Assembly (NCBI GenBank): GCA_947174325.1
Contig: CAMWIL010000002.1
Span: forward strand, 4,485-68,484
Length of the DNA stretch: 64,000 nucleotides
Direction of reading: 5' to 3'
Source: an uncultured Clostridia bacterium
GTDB lineage: Bacteria; Bacillota; Clostridia; Christensenellales; UBA3700
The stretch's first letter is position 1. The number at the start of each line of letters is the position of its first letter. Below, one piece after another: positions 18,237 to 26,454 of this stretch. The notes under the pieces are model-generated. The model was not told the DNA's origin and made no database searches. It was given only the letters and a program-made list of their open reading frames with translations. The translations under genes were made by a program, and so were the position numbers.

Positions 18237-19006
18237 CTTCCTTTCACCGCCTTTTTCTCAATAACGATCACGATCAACTCAAATATGCCCCCCAAAATTA
18301 TTGCGACCGCAGTCCAAGCAAGCAAAGTAGAAGTGTCAAGTATTATCTTTGACAGTTGCATATACACTCCGATACTGTCAGCCGTTTGAGCCAATACTTC
18401 CGCAGCAATGACAAGTTTGAGATTAAGCCCTATGGAGCTTTTAATGCCCGTAAAAGCTACTGGCAAAGCCTGCGGCAAATACATTTTGAATATCATTCTT
18501 TTCCTATCTATTTTGTACGTCTTCGACATCTCTATCAAGTCTTTATCCACGCTTTCTATAGCGTCGCAAAAACTTGTATAGAGCATGGGGAAAATTACAC
18601 AGAACGCTACCAATATAGTCGATTGGAAAGAATTAAACCAAATCAACGCGATCAGTATTATCGACATAGTCGGCATTATCCTTACAAGCAATATTATAGG
18701 AGATAACGCGCGCCTTAAATACGGACACATCTTTGTAGCTACAGCCAAAATAATCGCAAACGCAAAAGACAAAAAGTAAGATAATGCCGCCCTGCCCACC
18801 GTACCTGCCACAGCCTTATAAAAACTTGATTGAGCAAACAGCAAAAAGAATTTTTTAATAATGTTGGGAATTGACGGAACAAGCAATTCTATACCTACCG
18901 CTTTGCTGACGATCGCATAAACCGCAAGCGCGACGACCAACGTCGCAATAGGTATAGTTAGGTTAAGCAATAAATATAGTTTTTTTCTGTTCTCTTTCCC
19001 CGTCAT
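18233..19006 (-). CDS. ABC transporter permease (NitT/TauT-type, BPD_transp_1)
   Basis: Six-TM permease with an EAA-like loop (DKDLIEMSKTYKIDRKRMIFKMYLPQALP). 4-nt overlap with the ATPase gene. Confidence 0.85.
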   Translation of the reverse strand: MTGKENRKKLYLLLNLTIPIATLVVALAVYAIVSKAVGIELLVPSIPNIIKKFFLLFAQSSFYKAVAGTVGRAALSYFLSFAFAIILAVATKMCPYLRRALSPIILLVRIMPTMSIILIALIWFNSFQSTILVAFCVIFPMLYTSFCDAIESVDKDLIEMSKTYKIDRKRMIFKMYLPQALPVAFTGIKSSIGLNLKLVIAAEVLAQTADSIGVYMQLSKIILDTSTLLAWTAVAIILGGIFELIVIVIEKKAVKGR

Positions 19007-19049
19007 TTGCTCCCTTAATCTATTCTCTTATTTTACGAATTAGATTTGA

Positions 19050-20057
19050 TCATTTACTGATATAGTAAAATTCGTCGCTCGGCATCTTTCCACCAATAAG
19101 ATTAGCGTTTATCGCCATTACAGCTTTTAGCGTATTTTCGTAATACTCCCTGCCGTTCTCCATAGATATAGTATCTATGTTGCATCGCGCAATCACTTGC
19201 GAGCTTAGATTGTTTTGCAAAGAAGTTTGGGGATACAGAGCTTTGATATTATTCTCGGCAAGTTCCGCATTTTCAAGCAAAACCGTTTTGTTTTTTGCAA
19301 ATTCTTCCAACAGTTTTTTGACAAATTTCTCGTCTTCGCAAACGTTCGACTTTGCTATCAAGACGGCTTGAGCATATCCCGCATACCCATCCGAGTTGTA
19401 TTCGGACCACAACTCTTGCAAATTGAAAATCTCGTAAAGTCCCTCGCTAATACCCGTTTGAACGTCAGGCTCTGCAAGTACTCCGTATACTTGTTCTCCA
19501 CTTTTATTCGCCGCCAAAAGTCGCGCGTTAACTTCGCTTCCATTTGCAAAATACTTTATCGTTACAACGCCGTCTTGAGCTTGTTCGCCCGTCTTAAACG
19601 CAACGTTTTTATTATTCAACAGCGTCTTGAATATCATATCCGGAACACTGTTTTGTCCAATCGAATATACGAGTTTTCCAACAAGTCCCTCAATACCGTC
19701 TACGCTCTTTTCTTGAGATGAACAAACGAAAAGATTACCGTTTGTCACGACCGCCAATATTTTCACGTCGTTGCCGCCGTTGAATAATATCGACGCAAGA
19801 TTTGCAGGGACTATAGCAAGATCGCTATTCGACGCTTCTGTCTGTATTGCGGAAGCGGCTACGATTTTTTTATTCAATTTATATACCGTATCGCTTGTCG
19901 TGACTTCGTCTGAAAGACATGCGATAGACAACGCAGGCGCGCCGTCGGGAACTACCAAAACGTACCCTTCTTCGTCCTTTTGACAAGCGGCTAACAAAGC
20001 TATTCCCAACAAAAGCGTAACGATCAACAACAAAGCTAAGAATTTTTTGCTCTTCAT
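19050..20057 (-). CDS. ABC transporter substrate-binding lipoprotein (NMT1/THI5-like, NitT/TauT family)
   Basis: Lipoprotein signal peptide with lipobox LLAAC. ~310-aa periplasmic-binding-type body. AAGGAG SD. Confidence 0.7.
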   Translation of the reverse strand: MKSKKFLALLLIVTLLLGIALLAACQKDEEGYVLVVPDGAPALSIACLSDEVTTSDTVYKLNKKIVAASAIQTEASNSDLAIVPANLASILFNGGNDVKILAVVTNGNLFVCSSQEKSVDGIEGLVGKLVYSIGQNSVPDMIFKTLLNNKNVAFKTGEQAQDGVVTIKYFANGSEVNARLLAANKSGEQVYGVLAEPDVQTGISEGLYEIFNLQELWSEYNSDGYAGYAQAVLIAKSNVCEDEKFVKKLLEEFAKNKTVLLENAELAENNIKALYPQTSLQNNLSSQVIARCNIDTISMENGREYYENTLKAVMAINANLIGGKMPSDEFYYISK

Positions 20058-20114
20058 ATTTATCTCCTTTTATGATAATAAAAATTTAACGTTTCTATAC
20101 GAAAGCCCGAAAAA

Positions 20115-20375
20115 TCAAGCTTCCTCGATTTCAAATGAAGTCACTGCCGATTTGACGTATACTTCGTTGAGCTTTCCTAGTTTACCGCAAAGAGCGGAAA
20201 TCTGTTCGTTTGTTCCCTTTACAATTACGCTGATAGTGCTTATACCGGTTTCTTTATCAGGCACGCCCATTCTTCCGATTATTATTTCACTGAACGTCGA
20301 AAGTAAATTCTGTATAGCCAAAGCGGTATCTTTGTCTTTTCTAAGCACTATGCCTATTACGCCTATTCTCTTCAT
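20115..20375 (-). CDS. TM1266-family small ACT-like protein (family annotated as putative iron-only hydrogenase system regulator)
   Basis: MKRIGVIGIVLRKDKDTALAIQNLLSTFSEIIIGRMGVPDKETGISTISVIVKGTNEQISALCGKLGKL matches my memory of the TIGR03959 pattern. ATG 20375 follows AAGGAG; tracked start 20393 lies inside the terminator T-tract. Confidence 0.65.
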   Translation of the reverse strand: MKRIGVIGIVLRKDKDTALAIQNLLSTFSEIIIGRMGVPDKETGISTISVIVKGTNEQISALCGKLGKLNEVYVKSAVTSFEIEEA

Positions 20376-20390
20376 AATTCTCCTTTTGAG

Positions 20391-20420
20391 CAAATAAAAA
20401 ACTCCGCAAAAATGCGGAGC
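20391..20420 (-). terminator. Intrinsic terminator inside the 5' leader of the TM1266-like/ABC operon (attenuator)
   Basis: Minus strand G-CTCCGCA-TTTT-TGCGGAG-TTTTTTATTTG. Stem arms are 20419-20413 and 20408-20402. It ends 6 nt before the SD. Confidence 0.7.
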
Positions 20421-20456
20421 ATAAGTAAATGCGTTATACTTTCTTTCTTACTCTCC
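20416..20456 (-). promoter_or_regulatory. Candidate antiterminator helix competing with the leader terminator
   Basis: GGAGAGTAAG (20456-20447) is complementary to CTTATGCTCC (20425-20416), with 1 mismatch and 1 G-U. It overlaps the terminator 5' arm at 20419-20416. Confidence 0.45.
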
Positions 20457-20534
20457 GATTTGCTCATCGATTTGGATATAAATTTATATTTCCGGATCGG
20501 CGAGAAAGTTCACCGACCAGGAATTATCTCTGTT

Positions 20535-20563
20535 ATTATAGTCTTTTTATAGAGTATTGTCAA
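20535..20563 (-). promoter_or_regulatory. Consensus sigma-A promoter of the TM1266-like/ABC operon
   Basis: Minus strand TTGACA (20563-20558), exactly 17 nt, TATAAT (20540-20535). Confidence 0.7.
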
Positions 20564-20566
20564 GGA

Positions 20567-21988
20567 TCAGTATCCAAAAATCTCCATCGCCCTTGCGACG
20601 CATTTGTCGATACTGTAATCGGCTATTCTGTCCTCAACTACGTTTTCAGGCAACGGCGTAAATCCTTTTTCGTGAATGGTGACCGTCCATTCCAACGCGC
20701 CGTTCGCGTCCCTTGTCGGAATAAAATATCTTCCGTTTGTGACGTATAGCAGCTGTCCGTTAGACAACTCAAAAGTTCTTTGCGCAACGCCTTTTCCATA
20801 AGTCGTAGTACCTACTATTTGCGTGCCGTTGTAATATTGCAACGCTCCTATCAATCCCTCCGAAGCCGAAGCTGTATTTCCGTTGGTCAAAACGACTATC
20901 TCAAATCCATCTACCGACTTGCATATTGGGAAAGCGTACGGCAACGATTCATTGAGAACGTTGGTAGAATTTGACGTGACGATATCCGACTGCTCTTTTC
21001 CGTATCCGACGTTGCTTATCAAATTCATAATCGGCAGTTGACTTGCAGTTGGGTTGTTGAGCAAATACTGCGAAACGTATTCAAGACTGGTAAGCTGACC
21101 GCCGCCGTTGTCGCGCAGGTCGAGAATAAGCTTCTTCTTTTTATCTTTGATAAATTGAGATACGCAATCAGCAAAGTCTGCATCTGCTTCACTGTCAAAC
21201 ATTGTCATTCTTATTATCGCAGTATCGCCTTCATAAGGATAGTAATATGCGTATTTCATTGTATCTTCATACGTCTTAGTGATTTCAAAAGCATAATAGC
21301 CGTCGGTATAACCACCGTTGCCGTCGTACTTTTGAATAATATACACTACGTCTTTGAAATCCGAAAATTGATTGAGTACGCTTCTAAAATAGGTATAAGT
21401 CAAATTTTCCACTCTTTGCGTAATATATTTTTCGTTGCCTTCTTTATCTACGAATTTATATCCGATACGTACTATCTTATCCCCTTCCCTCATCTTTACG
21501 TCTGCGCCAACAGGATCAAAAGACGTATCCAAATTATTGTCTTCGTCATATCTGTTTACAGCTCTTGCACTGTAAGCGGGCATATTCGGCGCAACCAAAG
21601 TAATGATCTGCTCGTTGTAAATAGAACTTGAGATTTGTATACCTATTGATCCGGATGAGCCGGTTGGGTCGTCAGACGATACGATTCCCGAAAATGCGTC
21701 GAGAGAACCGGCAAAACCTGCCGCTGCCATTTCTTGGAACGTCTCCCAAGATATATCCTTGTAATAATACTTTTTGATCAATTCGTACGTCTCGATCATC
21801 AACGGCATATCTTCATTTATTCCGCTATTGCGACCTACTACCATACCGCCTATAAAAGCGCAAGCAGAAATCACTATGACTATTACCGTCACCAACGCAA
21901 TAACTTTTATGGAAACTTTGCCGCTCTTCTTTTCATTGAGCGTACTCGTAGAGTCCTCCGCAAAAATATCCTTCAATCTATCGTCCAA
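20567..21988 (-). CDS. S41 family C-terminal processing peptidase, N-terminally membrane-anchored
   Basis: N-terminal TM helix. LILDLRDNGGGQL, NGNTASASE (catalytic Ser) and TTYGKG (catalytic Lys) motifs. Confidence 0.85.
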   Translation of the reverse strand: MDDRLKDIFAEDSTSTLNEKKSGKVSIKVIALVTVIVIVISACAFIGGMVVGRNSGINEDMPLMIETYELIKKYYYKDISWETFQEMAAAGFAGSLDAFSGIVSSDDPTGSSGSIGIQISSSIYNEQIITLVAPNMPAYSARAVNRYDEDNNLDTSFDPVGADVKMREGDKIVRIGYKFVDKEGNEKYITQRVENLTYTYFRSVLNQFSDFKDVVYIIQKYDGNGGYTDGYYAFEITKTYEDTMKYAYYYPYEGDTAIIRMTMFDSEADADFADCVSQFIKDKKKKLILDLRDNGGGQLTSLEYVSQYLLNNPTASQLPIMNLISNVGYGKEQSDIVTSNSTNVLNESLPYAFPICKSVDGFEIVVLTNGNTASASEGLIGALQYYNGTQIVGTTTYGKGVAQRTFELSNGQLLYVTNGRYFIPTRDANGALEWTVTIHEKGFTPLPENVVEDRIADYSIDKCVARAMEIFGY

Positions 21989-22037
21989 TTCAACACCTCT
22001 CTATCGATCTCGCAAATTTTGCAAACCGATCTCCCTA

Positions 22038-22946
22038 TTATTTATTTTCTTGCGAAATTATTTTCTCGCAATCTTTATCGTAGTAAAAACCTTTTGCTCC
22101 TATTCCTTCCTTGAAAGCAAAACAAACTTTCTTCCCGACGTAAATATCGCTTAAAGGCTTATTGACTGAATAAAATTTCCCGTCTATGTTTGCATAATAT
22201 CCTTGTTCATTTTTTCCCAAAACGTCCATATATATCGAATATCCGCAAACTATCGCGCTTTCTATATTTTCCGGACGTAGCGCAGCGTTCTCCAACGAAC
22301 GGTTACTCGTACATTCTCCGTTTGCAACAACGGCGATATTACGCTTGCCTAATTTTCTTGCAAAGTTTACGTCCTGCGTGGCGATGACAACGCTTTTATT
22401 CAACACGACGTCTTGCAATATATCGGCGATCTCCTCTTGCTTCTCTTGTTGCAAATCTTTCCACACGTCGTCAACTAAATACAGTCGCCTTGGTATACAA
22501 AACAATCTTGCTAGCAACAATTTGACTTTGTCAAAATCGCTCATTCCATTGACGTTTTCTTCTTTGTTTAAAGAAAACGCATTTACAACGTTATTTATAC
22601 AGTCTTCAATGCGCTCATCGTCGTAATTTCTCAAGCGCATAGGATATTCCAATATCTGTCCTACGGTCTGGTTTTTGTTCAAAGACGAAAAATCAAACGT
22701 AAATCCGATATCTCTGTCTTTGAAATCTATCTCGCCCAACTCATTACCGTCAAGCAATATCTTTCCGGATTTGATCTCCTCCAATCCCGCAACGCAGCGC
22801 AACAACAATGTCTTTCCGCTTCCTTCTCTTCCGTAAAGCGTCAAAACCTCGCCTTTATCCATCGCCAGAGAGATATGGCTTATGGAAAAATCGCTTCCGA
22901 TATACGCGGTCTCAACGTCGTCAAGAGCAAGAAGTCTTTTTGTCAT
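22038..22946 (-). CDS. Orphan ABC ATPase-like protein with degenerate catalytic motifs and a MalK/TOBE-like C-terminal extension
   Basis: Walker A GREGSGKT is intact. Q-loop Q->D (TFDFSS), signature LSGGQ->MSDFD, Walker B LYLVDDV (no catalytic Glu), H-loop THD->TQD. No permease gene adjacent. Confidence 0.7.
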   Translation of the reverse strand: MTKRLLALDDVETAYIGSDFSISHISLAMDKGEVLTLYGREGSGKTLLLRCVAGLEEIKSGKILLDGNELGEIDFKDRDIGFTFDFSSLNKNQTVGQILEYPMRLRNYDDERIEDCINNVVNAFSLNKEENVNGMSDFDKVKLLLARLFCIPRRLYLVDDVWKDLQQEKQEEIADILQDVVLNKSVVIATQDVNFARKLGKRNIAVVANGECTSNRSLENAALRPENIESAIVCGYSIYMDVLGKNEQGYYANIDGKFYSVNKPLSDIYVGKKVCFAFKEGIGAKGFYYDKDCEKIISQENK

Positions 22947-22952
22947 ATTTAT

Positions 22953-22981
22953 ATTATATTACTAATTATGGCTAATTACAA
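22953..22981 (-). promoter_or_regulatory. Putative sigma-A promoter placed for a leaderless transcript of the degenerate ABC ATPase gene
   Basis: Minus strand TTGTAA (22981-22976), 17 nt, TATAAT (22958-22953), 6 nt (ATAAAT), ATG 22946. No SD. Confidence 0.5.
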
Positions 22982-23149
22982 GTAAAATATTTTTAACTTA
23001 ACAAATAAAAAGTCGTTGACTCAACTCAAATTCAAATTGTGTTTTTTACGATAATGACATCATCAACAGCATAATTCACCATTAAATGCTGAAAATTGTC
23101 GGATATGTGTAGATTATATCGAATATTTGAACATAATTCAAAACATTGT

Positions 23150-23836
23150 TCAATTTTGATCGCTTATAAATTCAAGTAAAATCGAGTAGCTTTGAATGTA
23201 GTTTTTGCACAAAGCGGAAAAATCCTTTTCGCTATTAGAGTATTTATCATATACTCCGCAGGTCAAAAAACCGCCCGCGCTCGCGCCTTCGATAGCAAGA
23301 GGGATATCTTCAAATACCATACACTCGCTTGGCTTGATTCCAATCTTTTCCGCAGCTTTAAGATAGATATCGGGAAATCCTTTTCCCCTTGATACCTCTT
23401 CAATTGAAGTAAGAGGACAATATACGCCTAATTTGCGATATGACAAACCGTTTCTGTCTAGACAGATTTCGGCAACGTCTCTAAACAGCGTCGTAGCAAA
23501 AGCTACCTTTACGCCTTTTGACAATAGTTTTCGAATAAAATCATATGCGCCGTCTTTTAACTTTATATTATTCGCATACTCTTCTTTCACCATCTCAACC
23601 CATCTGTTTTTTATTTGTTCGGTAGTCAAAGGCAGAGAAAAGCGCGTTTTCGTATACAAAGCCAACTCTTCAAAATGCATTTGCTTTACAGCTTCGGTAT
23701 AGTCGCTTGTGACAGTCAAGCCGTTTTCGGCAAGAAATTCCCTATCGACCTTTTCCCAAACCCACATAGAATCAAGCAACGTTCCGTCAAGATCGAATAT
23801 CACGCCTTTGATTTCTTCTCCAAATAATTTTACCAT
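23150..23836 (-). CDS. HAD-IA family hydrolase (beta-phosphoglucomutase / sugar-phosphatase-like)
   Basis: Motif I IFDLDGTLLDS and a C-terminal FEDIPLAIEGASAGG motif. Confidence 0.85.
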   Translation of the reverse strand: MVKLFGEEIKGVIFDLDGTLLDSMWVWEKVDREFLAENGLTVTSDYTEAVKQMHFEELALYTKTRFSLPLTTEQIKNRWVEMVKEEYANNIKLKDGAYDFIRKLLSKGVKVAFATTLFRDVAEICLDRNGLSYRKLGVYCPLTSIEEVSRGKGFPDIYLKAAEKIGIKPSECMVFEDIPLAIEGASAGGFLTCGVYDKYSNSEKDFSALCKNYIQSYSILLEFISDQN

Positions 23837-23899
23837 TTTCGCCTCTTATACATATATTTTATGCAAAATACGGATTTAATGCCCTAAATTAGATAGATC

Positions 23900-23926
23900 G
23901 AGCCGTCTGATAATCTCGGACGGCTC
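23900..23926 (-). terminator. Stem-loop downstream of pgi (possible terminator, weak U-tract)
   Basis: GAGCCGTC (23900-23907) pairs with GACGGCTC (23919-23926). On the minus strand it is followed by GATCTATCTAATTT. Confidence 0.4.
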
Positions 23927-23948
23927 TTAATTGGATTACTATCTATTA

Positions 23949-25364
23949 TTAGATAACGTATTTATTTTGTTTTTGAGGAGCGTTCGCAAGTTCCGTTCTC
24001 TTCTCGTCGTATCCCGGTCTTCCCAAAAGCGCGTAAGTCGCATTTTTACCTTCCTCAACGCCGGGCTGATTAAACGTATCGATATTCAAAAGTGCGCCGG
24101 CATAAGCGGTCTGCAACATAAAGTACATCAAAAGCTGTCCCAATGTATACTCGTTGAGCACGGGCAACATTATTGTGTAATTGAGTTTACCCGCCTTTGT
24201 CACAGCATACTCGGTTGCCACACGTTCAGCTTGAATAAGCTCGTTCATAGAATGTCCGCAGAGGAAATTAACGTTTGGATATTCTTCGCAACCGTTGGGG
24301 ATCGTAACGTCAGCGCGATACTCGTCGACGCCTATAAACGTGATGACCTTATCAAACGGTCCTTCAGCGTAAAGTTGTACCTGCGAGTGCTGATCGGTCA
24401 CGCCCAAAGACTTGACGGGCGTTTGACCGACGTTACAGTTCTTACCGTCCAAAGTCTTGTTTTTGCCCAAAGACTCTGCCCAAAGTTGCGCGTACCAATC
24501 TGCAATGAACTTCAATCCGTCCGCATAAGGCATCATAACTCCTATATTCTTGCCGTTTTGCATAGCCAAATGTTGAAGAGCAGCCGCCATCAAAGCCGGA
24601 TTTTTCTTTGCGTTGTCGCTATCGCACTGTTCCATCATAAATTTTGCGCCTGCAAGCATTGCCTTGATATCAATGCCTACCACAGCGGCAGGAAGCAAAC
24701 CGACCGGACATAGTTCGCTAAATCTTCCGCCTACGCCGTCAGGGATATAAAACGTCTTATAGTTTTCTTTTACTGCAATCTTTATCAAATTACCCGCGCT
24801 CTTAGAAGTCGTAGCGATGATATGATCTTTCGCCTTATCTCCGAGTTTTGATCTTAAAATATCGTTTATTATAAGATACTGAGTCATCGTTTCTGACGTA
24901 GAACCTGACTTTGTGATCACGTTGAACATAGTCTTTTCCACTTCGATGACGTCCAAAAGAGCAAGCATTCTCTCCGGATCTACGTTATCTTCAACGTAGA
25001 ATTTAGGTCCTTTACGCTTGCGCTTAGGCAAATCATTATAATGCAAATGACAAATAGCTTGAAAAGCCGCAATAGGTCCGAGAGCGCTTCCGCCGATACC
25101 AAGAACAACAAAATATTCGTAATTCTTGCGAATATCTTTTGCCGTTTCGAGAATATCTTCGACAATTTCGTCCTGATTATAAGGCAAATCTGCCCATCCC
25201 ATCATACCCTTGCCTTTGCCTTGCTCGACTGCATTGAAAGCCTTCGTCAAATCGCCGCCGAGATCTGCGAGATTTTTATCCGAAAATCCTTCTTTGCCGA
25301 GTACGGATGACATCATATTGTTGTAATCCATTCTGATTTTCATAGTTTTTTTGCTATAACGCAT
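23949..25364 (-). CDS. pgi: Glucose-6-phosphate isomerase
   Basis: 471 aa with SIS-domain motifs (VVLGIGGSALGP, ITKSGSTSET, DGVGGRFS). AGGAG SD 6 nt before ATG 25364. Confidence 0.95.
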   Translation of the reverse strand: MRYSKKTMKIRMDYNNMMSSVLGKEGFSDKNLADLGGDLTKAFNAVEQGKGKGMMGWADLPYNQDEIVEDILETAKDIRKNYEYFVVLGIGGSALGPIAAFQAICHLHYNDLPKRKRKGPKFYVEDNVDPERMLALLDVIEVEKTMFNVITKSGSTSETMTQYLIINDILRSKLGDKAKDHIIATTSKSAGNLIKIAVKENYKTFYIPDGVGGRFSELCPVGLLPAAVVGIDIKAMLAGAKFMMEQCDSDNAKKNPALMAAALQHLAMQNGKNIGVMMPYADGLKFIADWYAQLWAESLGKNKTLDGKNCNVGQTPVKSLGVTDQHSQVQLYAEGPFDKVITFIGVDEYRADVTIPNGCEEYPNVNFLCGHSMNELIQAERVATEYAVTKAGKLNYTIMLPVLNEYTLGQLLMYFMLQTAYAGALLNIDTFNQPGVEEGKNATYALLGRPGYDEKRTELANAPQKQNKYVI

Positions 25365-25429
25365 ATTTTTCTCCTATCGACCGTTAGGTCTGAATATTTT
25401 GTCTTTATTATAATATATCAATTTATCCG

Positions 25430-26245
25430 TCAAGTCAAAGACCTTTCCAAACAATCTTTAAGAAATTCATACGAATTTTTTAAATCGTCGTCATTTTTAT
25501 AATCTTTTGCATATACCTCCAAAAGACATACGCCGTCATAACCTATATCGCGCAATCTTTTGAAAAAAGTGACAAAATCGAAACTTCCTCTGCCAGGAAT
25601 GGCAGTCTTACCTTCCTCGTCATAATCGCACAAATGCACGGTCTGCAGCCTATCTTTCATAACGTCGAGATACTCGGTATAATCTATTCCCGATTGTCTA
25701 GCCTGTTTAATATCCAAAGTGCAGCCAAGATCCGGACACAAATCTTTGAGCGCGGCAAAATAACTCGGATGCGAAAAATAAGTCCAATGCACGTTCTCAT
25801 AGCAAAATTTCACTCCGCGCACTCCTGCCAATTCAACAAGACGATTTACTCTTTTTGAAATATGATCAAAATCAAAATTGTATTTTACCGCCCGTTTGAG
25901 CATTGTTGCGCCGTGGAAAGTATAATGGGTAGCGCCTATATTTTGAGCGACTTTCAAAACCTCAACAAACGTTTCCAAAGCATCGGCATACGCCCTGTCA
26001 TTGCGAGAAAAAAGTTCCGGCTCAAACTGATTTGTCAGCGCGTGCACCGAGTGTATCCTTAACGGAGTTATTTCATTTGCCTTTTTCAATTCGCCAAGCA
26101 ACACGTTTGAAAACTCGTCAGTATACTCGCTGCGCGTAGCCAAAAAAACTTCACAAACGCTTGCTCCTAATTTAGCTATAGGTATAAGCGCCTGTTCTGT
26201 ATACATTCTTGTAAAATACGAAGCCGTGGATATTCCTAATTCCAT
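25430..26245 (-). CDS. Sugar phosphate isomerase/epimerase (xylose isomerase-like TIM barrel)
   Basis: 271 aa with a typical AP_endonuc_2 / TIM-barrel pattern (YTFHG, CYENVHW, VHLCDYD, LEVY). Confidence 0.8.
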   Translation of the reverse strand: MELGISTASYFTRMYTEQALIPIAKLGASVCEVFLATRSEYTDEFSNVLLGELKKANEITPLRIHSVHALTNQFEPELFSRNDRAYADALETFVEVLKVAQNIGATHYTFHGATMLKRAVKYNFDFDHISKRVNRLVELAGVRGVKFCYENVHWTYFSHPSYFAALKDLCPDLGCTLDIKQARQSGIDYTEYLDVMKDRLQTVHLCDYDEEGKTAIPGRGSFDFVTFFKRLRDIGYDGVCLLEVYAKDYKNDDDLKNSYEFLKDCLERSLT

Positions 26246-26389
26246 AGATATTATTATATCAAAATATTATTGCCATTCAAAACGTTTTAGAGCAATTTAT
26301 TTAATTTACATTTCGCTCCGATACGATAGATCAAATGAGTAAGCCGAATATAACCAATTAGAAAAATGTGTAATTGCAATGTAAAATCT

Positions 26390-26454
26390 ATGCAAAATCA
26401 ACACGCAAGCAATATTTTTAATTTTGCTCCAAATGCAAAATCCAACACTTGCAT
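26390..26454 (+). promoter_or_regulatory. Repeated ATGCAAAATC(C)AACAC boxes upstream of the MMPL gene; the second forms ATGCAA-N10-TTGCAT
   Basis: Copies at 26390-26404 and 26433-26448. TTGCAT at 26449-26454 is the inverse of ATGCAA. A TTGCTA-17-TATATT promoter candidate lies downstream. Confidence 0.35.

Noticed and set aside
20372-20467. A 31-codon ORF inside the leader (ATG 20467, MSKSESKKESITHLLMLRIFAEFFICSKGEL). It spans the terminator and ends in an ATGA overlap with the TM1266-like start, so it could be a leader peptide.
   Set aside because: No Shine-Dalgarno sequence precedes its ATG, and there is no run of regulatory codons. The overlap may be coincidental. Ribosome profiling could revive it.
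20457-20530. A TPP (THI-box) riboswitch in the leader of the NMT1/THI5-like ABC operon, because ThiXYZ-type HMP transporters are TPP-regulated.
   Set aside because: The leader has only loose look-alikes (CAGAGA, CCGATCCGG). It lacks the conserved GGGGUGC, CUGAGA and ACCUGAUCUGGAUAAUGCCAGCG elements. A covariance-model search is still needed for certainty.
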